NCBI RefSeq assembly: GCF_963676685.1
Contig: NC_092351.1
Coordinates: 25,296,001 to 25,360,000 of the forward strand
Source of the DNA: Mytilus edulis
Taxonomy: Eukaryota
Reading direction: 5' to 3'
Length of the DNA stretch: 64,000 nt
The notes beneath the pieces were generated by a model. It was not told the origin of the DNA, did not search any database, and saw only the letters and a program-made list of their open reading frames with translations. The translations under genes were made by a program, and so were the position numbers. Shown here piece by piece: positions 39,542 to 53,022 of this stretch (its first letter is position 1; each line of letters opens with the position of its first letter).

Positions 39542-42500
39542 TCATCTTTGAACATAACACCATTTACCGTCTGGTAAATTTCGATAGACAAGGTTTCCTT
39601 TGTGCTCCTTATATTCTATATTGTCAATGTGAGGCGATTCTTGCTGGTTAGAGCTTTTCCAATGGTTTGAACCAGAAAAAGTGTTGTCCGTATGTGTGTT
39701 GCTTGTATCATATTTGAGATAGTTCTTTGCTTCGATGTCTGCGACATAGTTTGATATTCTGCTGGTTCCTGCAGACGTGCTCTTGCTCCATTGTGTATTT
39801 CTACTACCATATTGATCATTTGATATCCGACTTGTTTGACTACGATCTCTGTAAGATTTCATAAAGTCAGATGAAGGTATATTTTCTCTATCTTTTTGGT
39901 GTGCAGAAGTGTCTGTCCATTCAAACTGATGTCCATACAAGTTATCTTTAGTTCCTATAGTTGTTCCATCTGATGCTGCCATATGGACGCGGCCTCCTGT
40001 TTTATTTGATTCAAATAACCGCGAAACCACGTCTTCTTTATAATCTGATCTTCTCTTTGATGTTTCTTCCCCTTCCCCTGGTCTGTATCTCGTTTTGTCC
40101 TCTTGACTGTATCGTGAGCTATATGCTTTACTTTCTGGTTTGTACCAGTCATCTTTTAAGTCCTTTCTACTCCGTTCTTTAACACTTGACCGACTAAGTT
40201 TCGCTTCAGATGGTATTGGCTGTGCCACTCCTTTCGTCAAAACCGGTCCATTTTCTTGTATTAGTAAAGGAAACCAAACAACAAATGATACGATGTCTCC
40301 TTGTTTTGTGTACTCCTTGTAATAATCTTTATCCAGTTGCTCACCTGTTCTAGGGACATCTCCGAAAACTAAAGGTGGATTACACATGTTCATAAGCCAA
40401 CACAATTCCATAACTTTTTGCACGTATTCAGGAATTTGTTCTGCATACATTGCTTTTGATCGCATACTCAAATAACTCTGAAATAATAAAAAGATACGGA
40501 GTCACTACGAAAAAAAGCCTCTGACCTTTACATATAAAGCTTTGATACAGTTAATTTAGAATGTTAAAATTGACTAGTATAAAAAAATATATAAAGGACA
40601 AAGTTTACTTCTTCCTTTCTTCTACTACAAAGTGAGTGGGAATATTTTGAATTATTTTCAGCAACCTTTGATCTATCATAAATCATGAATACATAAGTGT
40701 TGTTATAGCAAGACCAATATGTCATCTAAGATCTTTAAGAAACATCTGATGTGAAAGGAAAATCATTTGCATATTCTTTCACATTTCCTTGGTGCTTCGC
40801 ATTTGATGCTCTCTTAAATCTACTTCTTATATCAAATATATAATAGTTTATAAGGACATTTACTTTCATAACTTTAATTGGTTCAAGCGTTGCACGAACG
40901 ATTCATGGTACAACTGAGTTAAGACTGTTGGTCTTATAAGACTTTACAAATGTTATTTCAGGAATGATCTTAAACATGGAGTACTAACAGATAAAGGATT
41001 CGACTGTCTGTCTTTCTGTCTGACTAATTGATTGAAATAAAACATTGTCTCTGTTATCTTGGGGTTTTTCCATCAATTTTTTGTTTTGTAGAAAATTTAC
41101 GACCAAATTTCCTATTCTTATTATTATTTAAAATATTATTCAAAATAAAACACTTGTGACATGTTGAAGGCCGTACATTGACCTATAATGGTTTACTTTT
41201 TTTAAAATTGTTATTTGGATGGAAAGTTGTCTCATTGGTACTCACACCACATCTTCCTGTATCTATGATTGGGTTTTACAAATGGTTTACATGCCACGTT
41301 CTATAGAAATATAAAAACAAGTTGTTACAGATTTTTTTTCTGTAATTGCATATCAATAAAAATATCTTTGTTCGATTAATGCCCTGTTATTCTAATGTAG
41401 ACATTTACCTTTTGCAGACTTGGTATCATATCTTTTGCACCTAATTTGATACATTCCATCAATAAAGAACGGATCTGCTTTTGACTGCTCTTGGTTGACG
41501 GGTTTTCTTCTGACCAAGCTTCGCGTTTTGACATCTAAAATTATAAAGGGTTTATTTCAAGATAAAAAATTCTTAAAACCATTGTCGGTTGCAAAAACTA
41601 TATAAACCAGCACGTTTCGTTTTTATTGTCTGTTCCGTGCGATTTAATTCTTATTTTATATCTATAAAATTGTATTCTGTAAGGCGAATCCTACAGTCCC
41701 TAGTATTTAATCTAGTAAACACACTTTACAGACATTCTTTGAGGGGTTTATTTCCTTTTGACTGAGATTCCAAATTTCTAGATAACACATAAAGCAATCC
41801 CTCAACAATCAAATTAAATTTTCAGCAATGCATTCCCGACGACAAACACTTGCTATTTCTAATTATCTTTTAAAATGTTTCCGTTCTAAATAAGCACGAA
41901 TATTTGTTTAACGTTTATCCAACAACACTGAATCAATGATATATCGATAATATTCGATACTCATATGTCCCCCTCCCCCCCCCCCCCCCCCCCCCGTTTT
42001 TTATGGGGTTCGTGAAGCTTAGTTTTTATTTTTCTAAAGCTGTGTTGTGTTTTGTGTACTATTGTTTGTCTGTTTGTCTTTTTTTCTTTTTTATACATGG
42101 CGTTGTCAGTTTATTTTCGATTTAAGGGTTTGAATATTGCGCTGGCATACTTGGCCCATCTTTTATTTACAAACGCGCACAAGATGTCCTGATGTGACTA
42201 AAATACACCACATGTATGATGATCTGATGACTGTTATCGACATGACAAAGGACATACAAAATCGTATTCACATCGATTGCCTTTTTGTTTCAGGGCACTA
42301 TTACATTTTTGCAAAAATCTGATATATATCTGACCGGCATCATTTCCCCCTTCTGACTTGAAAATTTCAAAGTCATCAATCTCAAACTGGATACATTCCT
42401 AAATAAAATCAAGTTTAGATTTATAACATTGATTCCTGGTCAGTTTCAGAAATGTTATAAGCTTACAGAGCTTTGGTGTTATCATACCAGTTCCAAATAT

Positions 42501-45500
42501 CAATTGGAAAATATCTTAATTATGCAATTTTCAATTTTCATTTTTCTGATATTTGATGGATAATATACGATTGATGTTGTATGGCATCTTTTTGCCTTAA
42601 GGGGCAAATAATTCTGTTATTAAATCTCCACGTTCAAAGAACTTCTTATAAAAGAATAAATATAAAGGAGGTTTACAAATCTCCTGTCTTGCTTTTTCAA
42701 ATTTCGTCCTAGCCACAATAAAAATCATATTGTAGCTCCTCAAAACAAAACATACAGTATTTTCGATTTTTTTAATCTTTGTGTTTTTTTTCTCTTGTCG
42801 ATTGTTGTCTCGTTGGCATTTATACCAAATATATCGTGAATCTAAATTTTGACATATTACCTGAAAGGAATCAATCGTCCCACTTCTTTCTTTAATATTA
42901 ATACTAAGTTTTTCTAGTAATTGAATAACATACCAGAGATAGAAGTTAGGGCATGAAAGTATTTCATAAATAATGTATACATACCGGACGAAGTAAATGA
43001 TTTTCAAGTTGTTCCACATGCTCCTTTTTAGCACTGGAACAGAATTCGTATATGGTCTGAAAAGAACAAAGCAAATTGAAAGATGCTTGTTTTTACTAAA
43101 CAACATTCATATAAGTAACATAAAGTTTTCTGCTGGGGTCGCGGCATACTAGTCGGAGTCAAAGACCATAACCCGTATTTATGACACGTTATATTTGTTT
43201 AGACACTGACAATTCATAATTTGTATAAAGGGACAATATAAAAATTAGAAGAGAAGGGAATTTTGGCTTTGATTTCCCCCTTATTTTACACAGTGCAAAC
43301 TATTTATTCATTTCTTTTCTGTAGATGAGTAGGACCAATTTCTCCTGTAAGTGAACATGCATGGTCAAAATCAGACGACTTTGTGTGTTCCCGATGAAGG
43401 TAAATCCAGAAAAGCGCTTTGAACGCATGAAAGTCATTAAGTGTTGATTTTATATTAGTTTTGTAAAAACCTACAGAAATTTTGAAATATATTATACAAA
43501 GATGCAACAGTTTTATAGATACCATATTGTCAACACTATATTTTGAGCTACTTATCTGCTGTTGCAGATAATATTGCATTTTTCACGTTTTGTTTGTAAA
43601 ACAAATTTGACATTAAAGGAGATTTTGCATCAAAATGAATCTATACAGAGAATTGCTATTTAATAAACAAAATTGTTTTGTTCACATATTTGTAAAACGA
43701 TAATATTTAGTAGGTTAGTGTCTCAAACTACCTTCATAATTTCTAATAAAGAGATGACAGCATTTTCCTCATCGAGTCGTGTTGATTGCAGGGTTTCTAA
43801 AGCATCAGTCCATTCATTGTCGTAAATTGAGTTGTACATTTCAGCTATTTTCGTTGATCGATTTGGGTCACTCAAGTCTGCTATGGCTGGATTGTCTTGG
43901 CTAAGTTTGTCTCCCATCTCTTTACTTAGTCTTGAAGTATATAAAGAAACATTTATTGTTGAATCAAACTTTAAAAAAATACTTGTATTACACAAAGCGA
44001 GAGAGATGATGACTAATAATTGATGGAGGTTAAAATTATACCACTGTTGGTGTAATGGTAATCATGGTAATAGTGTCTGGTTTTTTATTTTGCCGGTTTT
44101 TTTTTTTAGAGTTATCAATAATGACAATTCCATTAATTTAAAACAAGATGAAACTGATTCTTTTACATCTGTACATATTTGTTGTTAGAGAGCTGTTTAT
44201 TGCTGAAGAACATATCAAGTTACCCTATTAATGTGTTTGTTTTTTGTGTCGTATGTTTAACATATAAGGGATTGTTTCAGCATTAAATTGACACAAAACA
44301 AGGTAAGACAAGCTATTATAAGCGGTGATATAGAATAGATTTAATACTCAGTGCAAACAATGAGAAAAAAAAAGCAACTCAACAAATTTTTCATCCATGC
44401 ACCAGTCAACTATATAAACGGCGGAATGCAAATGCACATGAGAAGCAATAATCATATAATATAGGTCACAACAGAATAGATAATAGCAGAGAGAATCTGA
44501 GTATAGTTCTTTTGTATAAAAGCTATGTCATGTATGTGCTAATCTTTAGGAGAAAATAATTATAAAACATATGATCAATGTATCTAACAAGAGAGAAAAC
44601 TTTTAAAGTTACCTGGAAAGAGCAGATTCTTTATCCTTGGCCATGTGCTTTAGATCTCTGTCCTTATCCACAACCACTCTTTCAAGATGCTCAACCTCTT
44701 TTTCTTTAATTCGCAATTCGTCTTTTATTCTTATAAACTTTTCCTCATATTCACTTTTATCCTCAACTGCCTGCATACATTTCTTTTCAAAATTCTTACA
44801 CGTCTCTTCCAGCACCCCATAAGCTTCTTTCAATTTGATGACCTCTTCTTTGGAATTTCCATCCTCATGTCCGCTCTGTTACAGACGTAAGAAACAATAC
44901 AAATTATGAAAAAAATCAAAGCAATAAATGCTTAGATTATTCTTGTTAATGAAATCGTAATGGGTCTAGTATTCAGTCTTTCGTTTATATACATGATGTC
45001 CAAATTCATTTCGTTTTACTGTGTAACATTAGCGTAAGGTTATGTCCGCCAGCATGTAACTTATTTGTTCATTTTTTTTTCTGTATGTTTTATTCGTATG
45101 ATTGAATTTAAACTAACATTACTAATGACATATTTTTTAGTTGAAAATAGTGATCCTCGAGTAACGATAAAAACAATAAACTAGAGGCTCGTGTCGCTCA
45201 CCTTGGTCTATGTGAATATAAAACAAAGGAAGCAGATGGATTCATGACAAAATTGTGTTTTGAGTGATGGTGATGTGTTTATATATCTTACTTTACTGAA
45301 CATTCTTGCTGCTTACTATTATTTCTATCTATAATGAACTTGGTCCAGTAATTTCAGTGGAAAATGTTAGTAAAAATTTGCAAATTTTATGAAAATTGTT
45401 AAAAATTGACTATAAAGGACAATAACTCCTTAGGGGGTCAATTGACCATTTCAGTCATGTTGACTTATTTGTAAATCTTACTTTGCTGAACATTTTTGCT

Positions 45501-48104
45501 GTTTGCATTTTATCTCTATCTATAATAATATTCAAGATAATAACCAAAAACTGCAAAATTTCCTTAAAATTACCAATTCAGGGGCAGCAACCCAACAACG
45601 GGTTGTCCGATTCATCTGAAAATTTCAGGGCAGATTTTACCCCTATGTTCTAATTTTAGCCGTGGTGGCCATCTCGGTTGAATGTCAGGGTCACTGGACA
45701 CATATTTAAAACTAGATACCCCAAAGATGATTGTGGCAAAGTTTGGATTAATTTGGCCCAGTAGTTTCAGAGAAGAAGATTTTTGTAAAAGATTACTAAG
45801 ATTTACGAAAAATGGTTAAAAATTTACTAAAAAGGGCAATAACTCCTAAAGGGGTCAACTGACCATTTTGGTCATGTTGTCTTATTTGTAAATCTTACTT
45901 TTCTGAACATTAATGCACTGTTTATGATCGTTTATCTCTATCTATAATAATATTCAAGATAATAACCAAAAACAGTAAAATTTACTTAAAATTACCAATT
46001 CAGGGGCAGCAACCCAACAACGGGTTGTTGGATTCATCTGAAAATTTCAGGGTAGATAGATCTTGATAATCAATTTAACCCGTGTCAGATTTGCTCTAAA
46101 TGCTTCGGTTTTTGAGTAATAATCCAAAAACTGCATTTACCCCTATGTTCTATTTTAGCCCTGACGGCCATCTTGGTTGGTTGACCGGATCACCGGACAC
46201 ATTTTTCAAACTAGATACCCCAATGATGATTGTGGCCAAGTTTGGTAAAATTTGGCCCAGTAGTTTCAGAGGAGAAGATTTTTGTAAAAGTTAACGACGG
46301 ACGACAAAGGACGCCAAGTGATGAGAAAAGCTCATTTGGCCCTTTTGGCCAGGTGAGCTAAATAAATCTACAAAATGATTGAAATATTTATCAAAACGAG
46401 TTGTTATACTTCAATGACAAATATGCTATGTTATATATATAGCACGGCTCTTACGAATTAAGATTTTAATGCATCGAAAACGCGTAGCGTTTGAGTGCAT
46501 TACAAATTTTAATGAGTAAGGCGTGGTTATATATGATTTGTAATATGACCAATGAAAATGCTATATTATACAGACATTAAATATGATAATTATCAAGGCG
46601 TGGCCAAAATGACGTTATTCCCGCTAAAATTCTGCACGAGCTCTTGCCAGTCTGTCTAGAAGCTAAAAATGTCGGGATTTTTTAAGCGACGATGAAGAAA
46701 ACTTTGTCTTCACTCAAATTTCCGAACAAGATGCTACTGGAAGATTTTTAAGATTCATTGGTCGAAACAACAAGACGTTCAAAGTTGGTTTAGGCGATTT
46801 ACGGCTGAATAATAAAGATATCAAACACTATGCAAGAGGTAAGTATACGTATTTAATTTTTTTAATAAAACATGTTTTTAAAACGGCAATTAGCATATCA
46901 CGTTTTATGTATTTTTGAAACAAAAAGAATGACAAAGCCGTGACAAATTTGTTTCAGGCCGCTAAATCGTATAAACTTGTAGAAATCTGAAGACTACCAT
47001 ATTAAAAGCACGTGGTTGTCTTTTATTTTCGCTTTCTCCGTCCGTCCGTTTGTTTGTTTGTCGTACCGTCCCTCAAAAGCTAGTTATTGTGGGCGCTTCA
47101 TCTGAAGAGACAGGACGGGGTTGCTGACTGGTCTATATCATTTTCTGAATCTTCAGCTGTTTCCCATAAAATATTTAAAATTTTGCCGGTGGGAGACCCT
47201 TTCTAACTAATCAGTTGAGTTTTCTAGTTTTTATATTAATTTTAAACTTGTTGATAAATACCACTTGTTATTTCTTTCTGTTTCTATACATGCAACATGA
47301 GTTTAGTGGAGGAAAATACATTTTAAAGTTCATAATTCTTCTTTTGCAGGTCCAAGATGCATAGCTGACTTCTATGAAACATACTTGAAGGCAATTGGAT
47401 CTGGCGTATTTTATCGTAAACCACTTATTTCTGATGTCCAAGATGAGCATCCCTACGGAAAGTCCGCATTACATTATTTGAGTATATTATACGTGTTTTT
47501 TATTATACGTATGCCAATGTCACATACATGTAGTAGTGATTTCAATGAATGATAATATTATGGAAATTATCTGTTTTGGCAATCTTATTTTTTTTGGTCA
47601 TAATTACTTGTTCTGTCAGGAAATAAAATAATTATTATGATTGTCCTACAATGTCCTAATATCGTTTACTATAAATTTGTAAAATGTGTAAAAAATAAAT
47701 TTCTACGTTATTATTTCATGTAATGTTTTTCTTTTTTTCATAAATGACTAAATTACCTGAAAACTTTCGAATGACTTTTGCACTGCATCTAGATCAATGG
47801 CTTGTAGCTTTCTTGCGATTTCCACAAATTGTGCAACGTCTTTATTCTTCGACAAAGGAGGGGGAGTGTAGGTTGAATTCATGTAATCATTACTTGTTGA
47901 ATACCGACCAGTTGATGAAATTCGTTGTCTCAAATTATCTAACGGATTTGGCGAGGTCGATCCTGTACCGTATGGTGACGTCGATCTTGAACCGTATGGC
48001 GACGACTCCGTGTCAACATTAAGATAACTTGGTGTACCAGAAACAGTCCCATACTTTCGACTGGTTCCATACGTAAATGTGTGTGTGAATGGTTTGGAAG
48101 CCAT
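39542..48104 (-). CDS. MIEAP-type C-terminal-domain protein, paralog 2, ~647 aa, 6 coding exons
   Basis: Exons 48104-47757, 44875-44613, 43930-43732, 43056-42985, 41534-41409 and 40477-39542; same intron phases as paralog 1 and an identical 72-nt exon 4 length. Motifs SALSRLSKEMG..DNPAIADLSDPNRSTKIAEMY..IYDNEWTDALE and ELCWLMNMCNPP...VVWFPLLIQENGPVLTKGVAQP. Confidence 0.8.
43385..43426 (+). ncRNA. Variant or decayed minimal hammerhead ribozyme
   Basis: gtgttc CCGATGA aggtaaatcca GAAA a-gcgc-t TT gaacgc: stems I and III pair, but the core has a U4->C change. Confidence 0.5.
45179..46362 (+). mobile_element. HINE/pearl-like element with duplicated ~420-bp core
   Basis: 5' aactagaggctc; internal repeat (caataactcct..ggggtcaa at ~45420 and ~45838; ggggcagcaacccaacaacggg at ~45581 and ~46003); gacg microsatellite; 3' hairpin agctca..tggcc..ggcca..tgagct. 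Confidence 0.65.
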
Positions 48105-51100
48105 CCTAAATATTGAACAATATCATCTTTATGGAATGCAACAACATATAAAACTCCGTATTTTATTCAATCTCGAAAAAACAGCTCGAAATCCCGATGT
48201 GGTTTAGTTGAAACATGTTACATGTATATTACAATTTTGTCCTAACAGAGAAAAATTCTGAATTTCTACATGTGAACACAAAGAGTGCATTTCTTTCTGA
48301 CCAAAACTTTGTAAACGTTATGTGGCATTAGTTGTTGTTTTCTAAACGCTAAAAAAGTAGAATCAAATACATCGTTCAATGAGTGTTTACTGACCCTGTT
48401 TTAACTTCAATAATGCATGCACAAGTTGTTTGAAAGATACTTTTTACAAACGTAGAAACGAATATATCGTTTGATGAGGGTGAAGTTAGAAACAACTGTA
48501 GCGTTTGTTCTAACAAACGATGAACAACAAACTCTAGACGCAATGTTTAGCGAGTGCATACGTTGTCAAAGTTTATGTAAACTTTGCAATCGTATGTTAG
48601 AAACAAAATTTCAATACAAGTGCGCGCTTAGCCGTTTGCATCCGGTTTGTAATAGAAAGAAATTCACCCAAAATCTTCATATGTTACAGTTGCACATGAC
48701 ATTGAAACATTTTGTCCACTAATTAGGGTCTGTTGAAGTTTCCAAAACTTACTTGGTAAAAAAACAAAATATCAGAGAACAAATTATTGGCTAAAGAAAA
48801 ATAGTAGATATTTTTTTTTCCTTTTTCACTTCAAAATAATTAAAATCTGTTAAAGTCATATATAATTCGTTTAGCTCTGTAACTGATTCGATTTATTCGA
48901 CCTCGATTTAAGATAAAAATTCATACAGAATAAAAAATACTAGTAATAAAAAGTGAAAATTGTACTAATCCTTGTCAATTAAGATAATTGCAGACGAGCA
49001 CAACTCGCCACGATGGGCCAGGGATCAACACCATAACCTCAAAGTTAGCAGGCTATATGTTATTCTTGATGGCCTACATGCACTTGGATGTCTTCAACTA
49101 TTCTGTTATCGTATGATATTTCATCGACTTTAAGATTAAAGAAAGAGGATTTAGATAAATTCGTTGACTGATAGTTGTTTTCTTAATGTACAGAGCCAAA
49201 TATTTATGCACCATAGGACGAGGGGAAAAAAATCACAATAAATTCGATGGTTAGAATCTGCAATGTTAAACTGTCTTTTGTAGATCTACCAACATAAAGG
49301 ATGGTTAATTTAGACACGGAAACCAGTAGTAAACATAAGAGACTGACTTAGGTGGAAAGTGGGAGGGAGAGTGTCACCCACCGCCCTCTTGAGCAAACAT
49401 TTGGTTGATCATATAGGGAATAACTGAAGCATGAATGAAGCGACCCCCTATAAGGCAGTCAGTGCCCCCTTTTAAGAACATTACTGGATCCGCCAGTGAA
49501 AAAAATCCAAGATAATCCTGCAAGTTTATTGTTACATCGAAACGAAAGTCATTGAAAGTACATGTGCCAAAATGCTGTACAAAATATTCAACAAAATTAA
49601 ATGTATACATGTACATGATGTAATGTGCTATACAGTTTTTTAGTAAACTTAAGAAACCAATATCCATAAACAAACAAACCTTAAAATTTTACATGTAATA
49701 ATCCCACGAGGAAGTTATTCTCAAATACATGTTCAATATTCTAAAATCACGTGATTCTCAGTATTAGTTTTTCTTATGAACTTGTGCTTAACGTTAATAT
49801 GACAATACAAAAATAATGCATGTATTAATAAATAAATATTAATTGTCTTCAAACATGTCAAATTAAAAGATAGTTTTCATGTATTTATCATGTTTATATG
49901 TGATCAAGTAAATATGTTTAAAATGTCCCTGGACTCAATAAGAAATATTTTTTCGTGTTTCTACATGTTATTATCAGTTAAATGCCTAGTCCACACCTGA
50001 ATTCGTTGTAAATATTCAATCAAATATCCATATCAATATCACACGCATTCCTTAAGACATTTAAACAGGTATTTTAAACCTCTTAAGTGAACAATATCGT
50101 TCTGTATTTTTCTTTTGCAATTTTTACAGATATTTTTAAGATATAAAATACAAATATAGAAACAGGAAAAGCAAGTCTTCAAATTATTATGAAAGACCTC
50201 TAGAGGTATTAATTGAATTGAATTTCTCTATATTCAAATAAGCTGCACTGGGCCTGTTGTTTTACATTATATTATTTTCAAAAAACCGGTCTGAATAATT
50301 GCACAAAATATTTATCATTATTATACATGTTATACATGTATAGCATATAACTTGAAGCCATTGTTATGGTTTTATTTTTTACTTTCCATATTGGTCCCTA
50401 GATATATAGGAAGATGTGATGTGAGTGCCAATGAGACATCTCTCCATCCAAATAACAATTTAAAAAAGTAAACCATTATAGATCAATGTACGGCCTTCAT
50501 CACGGACATTTCTACTCCTGTTTAGCATGTATAGTCTTGAAAACTATATTTATAATTGTATGAACTTTAACTTCATTTTTGATCATATTGATGACATTGA
50601 TCGATATGCTGTTGGTTCTTGGAAAAGAGGATGTTAGTTGGGCAGTAACACTTTGTAATACATCTATGATCAATAAACTAGTAGCCACGAATTACTTGTG
50701 ATCATCCTATGTGAATATATTAAGAACACGTTCAGCACTTCTGTACATTTGAAACGAATTTCTGCAAGATTGTGTAAAATAATTTGTTAATGATCCAATG
50801 AATATATTATTTAAACGTATAAAACTTATGGCATGATTTTTTAATATCAGTTTTTTTTCTAATGTTAATTTTGAATTATGTAAATATGTTATATATGTGT
50901 ATTCATATTATAACATATTACTATCTACCCCGTTGACCCTCAACTGTTGATAGGGGGCAACAAACCGATAAGAGTTTTTAAAAAGCTAGCAAAGTAAGAA
51001 ACTATTTTTAGTGTTCCAAAGTAAGTCATTATATAATAAGCTTCAGTTAACTCATTATCTTGCTTACCTTCAATGTTTAAGATCTATTTCTCCATGTAAA

Positions 51101-51180
51101 TTAGTAAGATGTATAAATGATCATATATTAGTTTTCAATACTTTCTTGTACACTTATGACTGTTGTGTATATTTACATTT

Positions 51181-51230
51181 AAAACCGAAAGTTAAATTCC
51201 AAATACGCATGCGCCGGGAAATGGACAGGT
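51181..51230 (+). promoter_or_regulatory. Candidate promoter / first non-coding exon of the HSPA12 gene
   Basis: IRF-like aaaccgaaagt, NRF1-like cgcatgcgc and a strong donor cag|gtgagg. The HSPA12 ATG exon begins after an acceptor (tttacag ~52952), implying an upstream UTR exon. Confidence 0.3.
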
Positions 51231-53022
51231 GAGGGGTATGTATTTATATATGTTTTTACTTATTTTGTTATAACGGTTGGGTCCAGTACAAAATAAAAGA
51301 ATATGTATGTACATTTCAATTAAATATGCAAATAGTACCTATTTAACCCACCTGGTGGTAGATTGTTGATTGTTACACCAGGAAGTGTTAATAATAGCTG
51401 ATGTACAGAATGGAAACATCCAAAATGGTATTTTGTACTTTCTTTTCAAAAGCAATTCCTCAACAGTATCTTAAAGACTACGTACAATTGTTTAAGTGAT
51501 GTCTGCATACTAAATTTGTAGATCATATTGTACAAATTAGCTATTTTAATTTGAAGAGATGTGACTAGACACGTTCCCCCTTTTTCGTATCACCACCAGA
51601 ATGGTTTCACATCAGTGGCGCATCGAGAGAGAGGGGATTTTCCGCCGTTGGACCCCCTTTTTTTTGACAATTAATGCTTTTGAATGTGGATATATGGTTG
51701 AATCGCACCCCCTTTATCCTGGGCTGGAACAATGTTTTCAGTAAAATGGGTCAGTGGATCTGCCCATGCACACCATTCGCAGTAATAAACAACGAATTTT
51801 TCAAAGTTCTCGGCCTTTTTTTAACTGAATAAAGAGGGGTAAAAAGAAACTGAAGAGTTTTGTTGATTAACATTAAAAAATAGTTCGTTATGATATTTAT
51901 TTAATAATTATAGATAACAGACAATGACAGATAACATTAATTATACCCCATCACTTCGTCCATCATCATTATCTTAAACAAAACCCATAGATCTAACGTT
52001 TGAAACACTGAAAAACGGCATATTTCAATGGAGTATTTAATTCAAGTTCATACTGTTATTATATTTGTTAAATTTTTTTTGTTGATGTGACAGTGACCCA
52101 TTATGATCTTTAGTGAAGGAAATTCCGATTATCGTTTATCGTTGAAACAATGTATGCTTTGTCTGAAACATAATTTCGGGGCAGTAAGACATTTTAATTT
52201 ATATGACTGTTATCTGTTCTACTTACGGTCTTCCTTTCAGGAGGTTATTATGTTAGTTGATCTGCTTTTACAAAAAGAAATTGTCTTTGACTTTATAAAT
52301 AGGTAAAGAGTCCCTTGTATGCCATTTGTATGATTTGTTGATTTTTTGAGTTTTGGGGGTGCCAATGAGACATCTCTCCATCCAAATAACAATTTAAAAA
52401 AGTAAACCATTATAGATCAATGTACGGCCTTCATCATTATTTTACACAATCTTGCAGAAATTCAAATGATTTCACATGTAAATATGTATAACTTTATTTC
52501 ATGATGCATGCAATTGTTTTAACAGACCTTTGGGTTGTTTTCATCAGATCAGCTTGATGTAGAGAATTAGAGCCAACTCTCTTCCCTGCTACGTCTCTGA
52601 AAGAAGTTTTCCTCTCTAAATGCAAGTCTTGATACCTGTTTTTATTTAATGTTTGCTGTCTTGATAACATAGAAATAGTTAAAAGGTGATTCTATGATCT
52701 ATAACATCATGTTTGTTTATAAGAGTGAATGCATCGGGTTTCAAAGGGTCCAAAAAGGGGACTGAGGGGACATCGCTATGTAGGACCGAGGCAGCAAACA
52801 ATAAATAATAAACATGTACAACGTCTATAAAGTACAGCCATAACAGGAGAGAGTCCATAGACCTTTGTTGGAGCTGTTAATAAGAAATATGCATTTTTAG
52901 CAATACTTTTGTAGCTTCTCATTCATAATTTTTATGATGTATCTATTTACAGAATGATTTCTGAAATACAAGTTCGATAAAAATAAAACCAATAAAGGGA
53001 AAAAAAAAAACTATACTTCAAA

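Noticed and set aside
42597-43106. 169-aa minus-strand ORF
   Set aside because: AT-rich intronic read-through; overlaps the real exon 4 of paralog 2 in a different frame.
20815-48104. Calling the MIEAP-type genes SPATA18 orthologs
   Set aside because: Only the C-terminal domain type is shared; they look like members of a lineage-expanded family, so no symbol was assigned.
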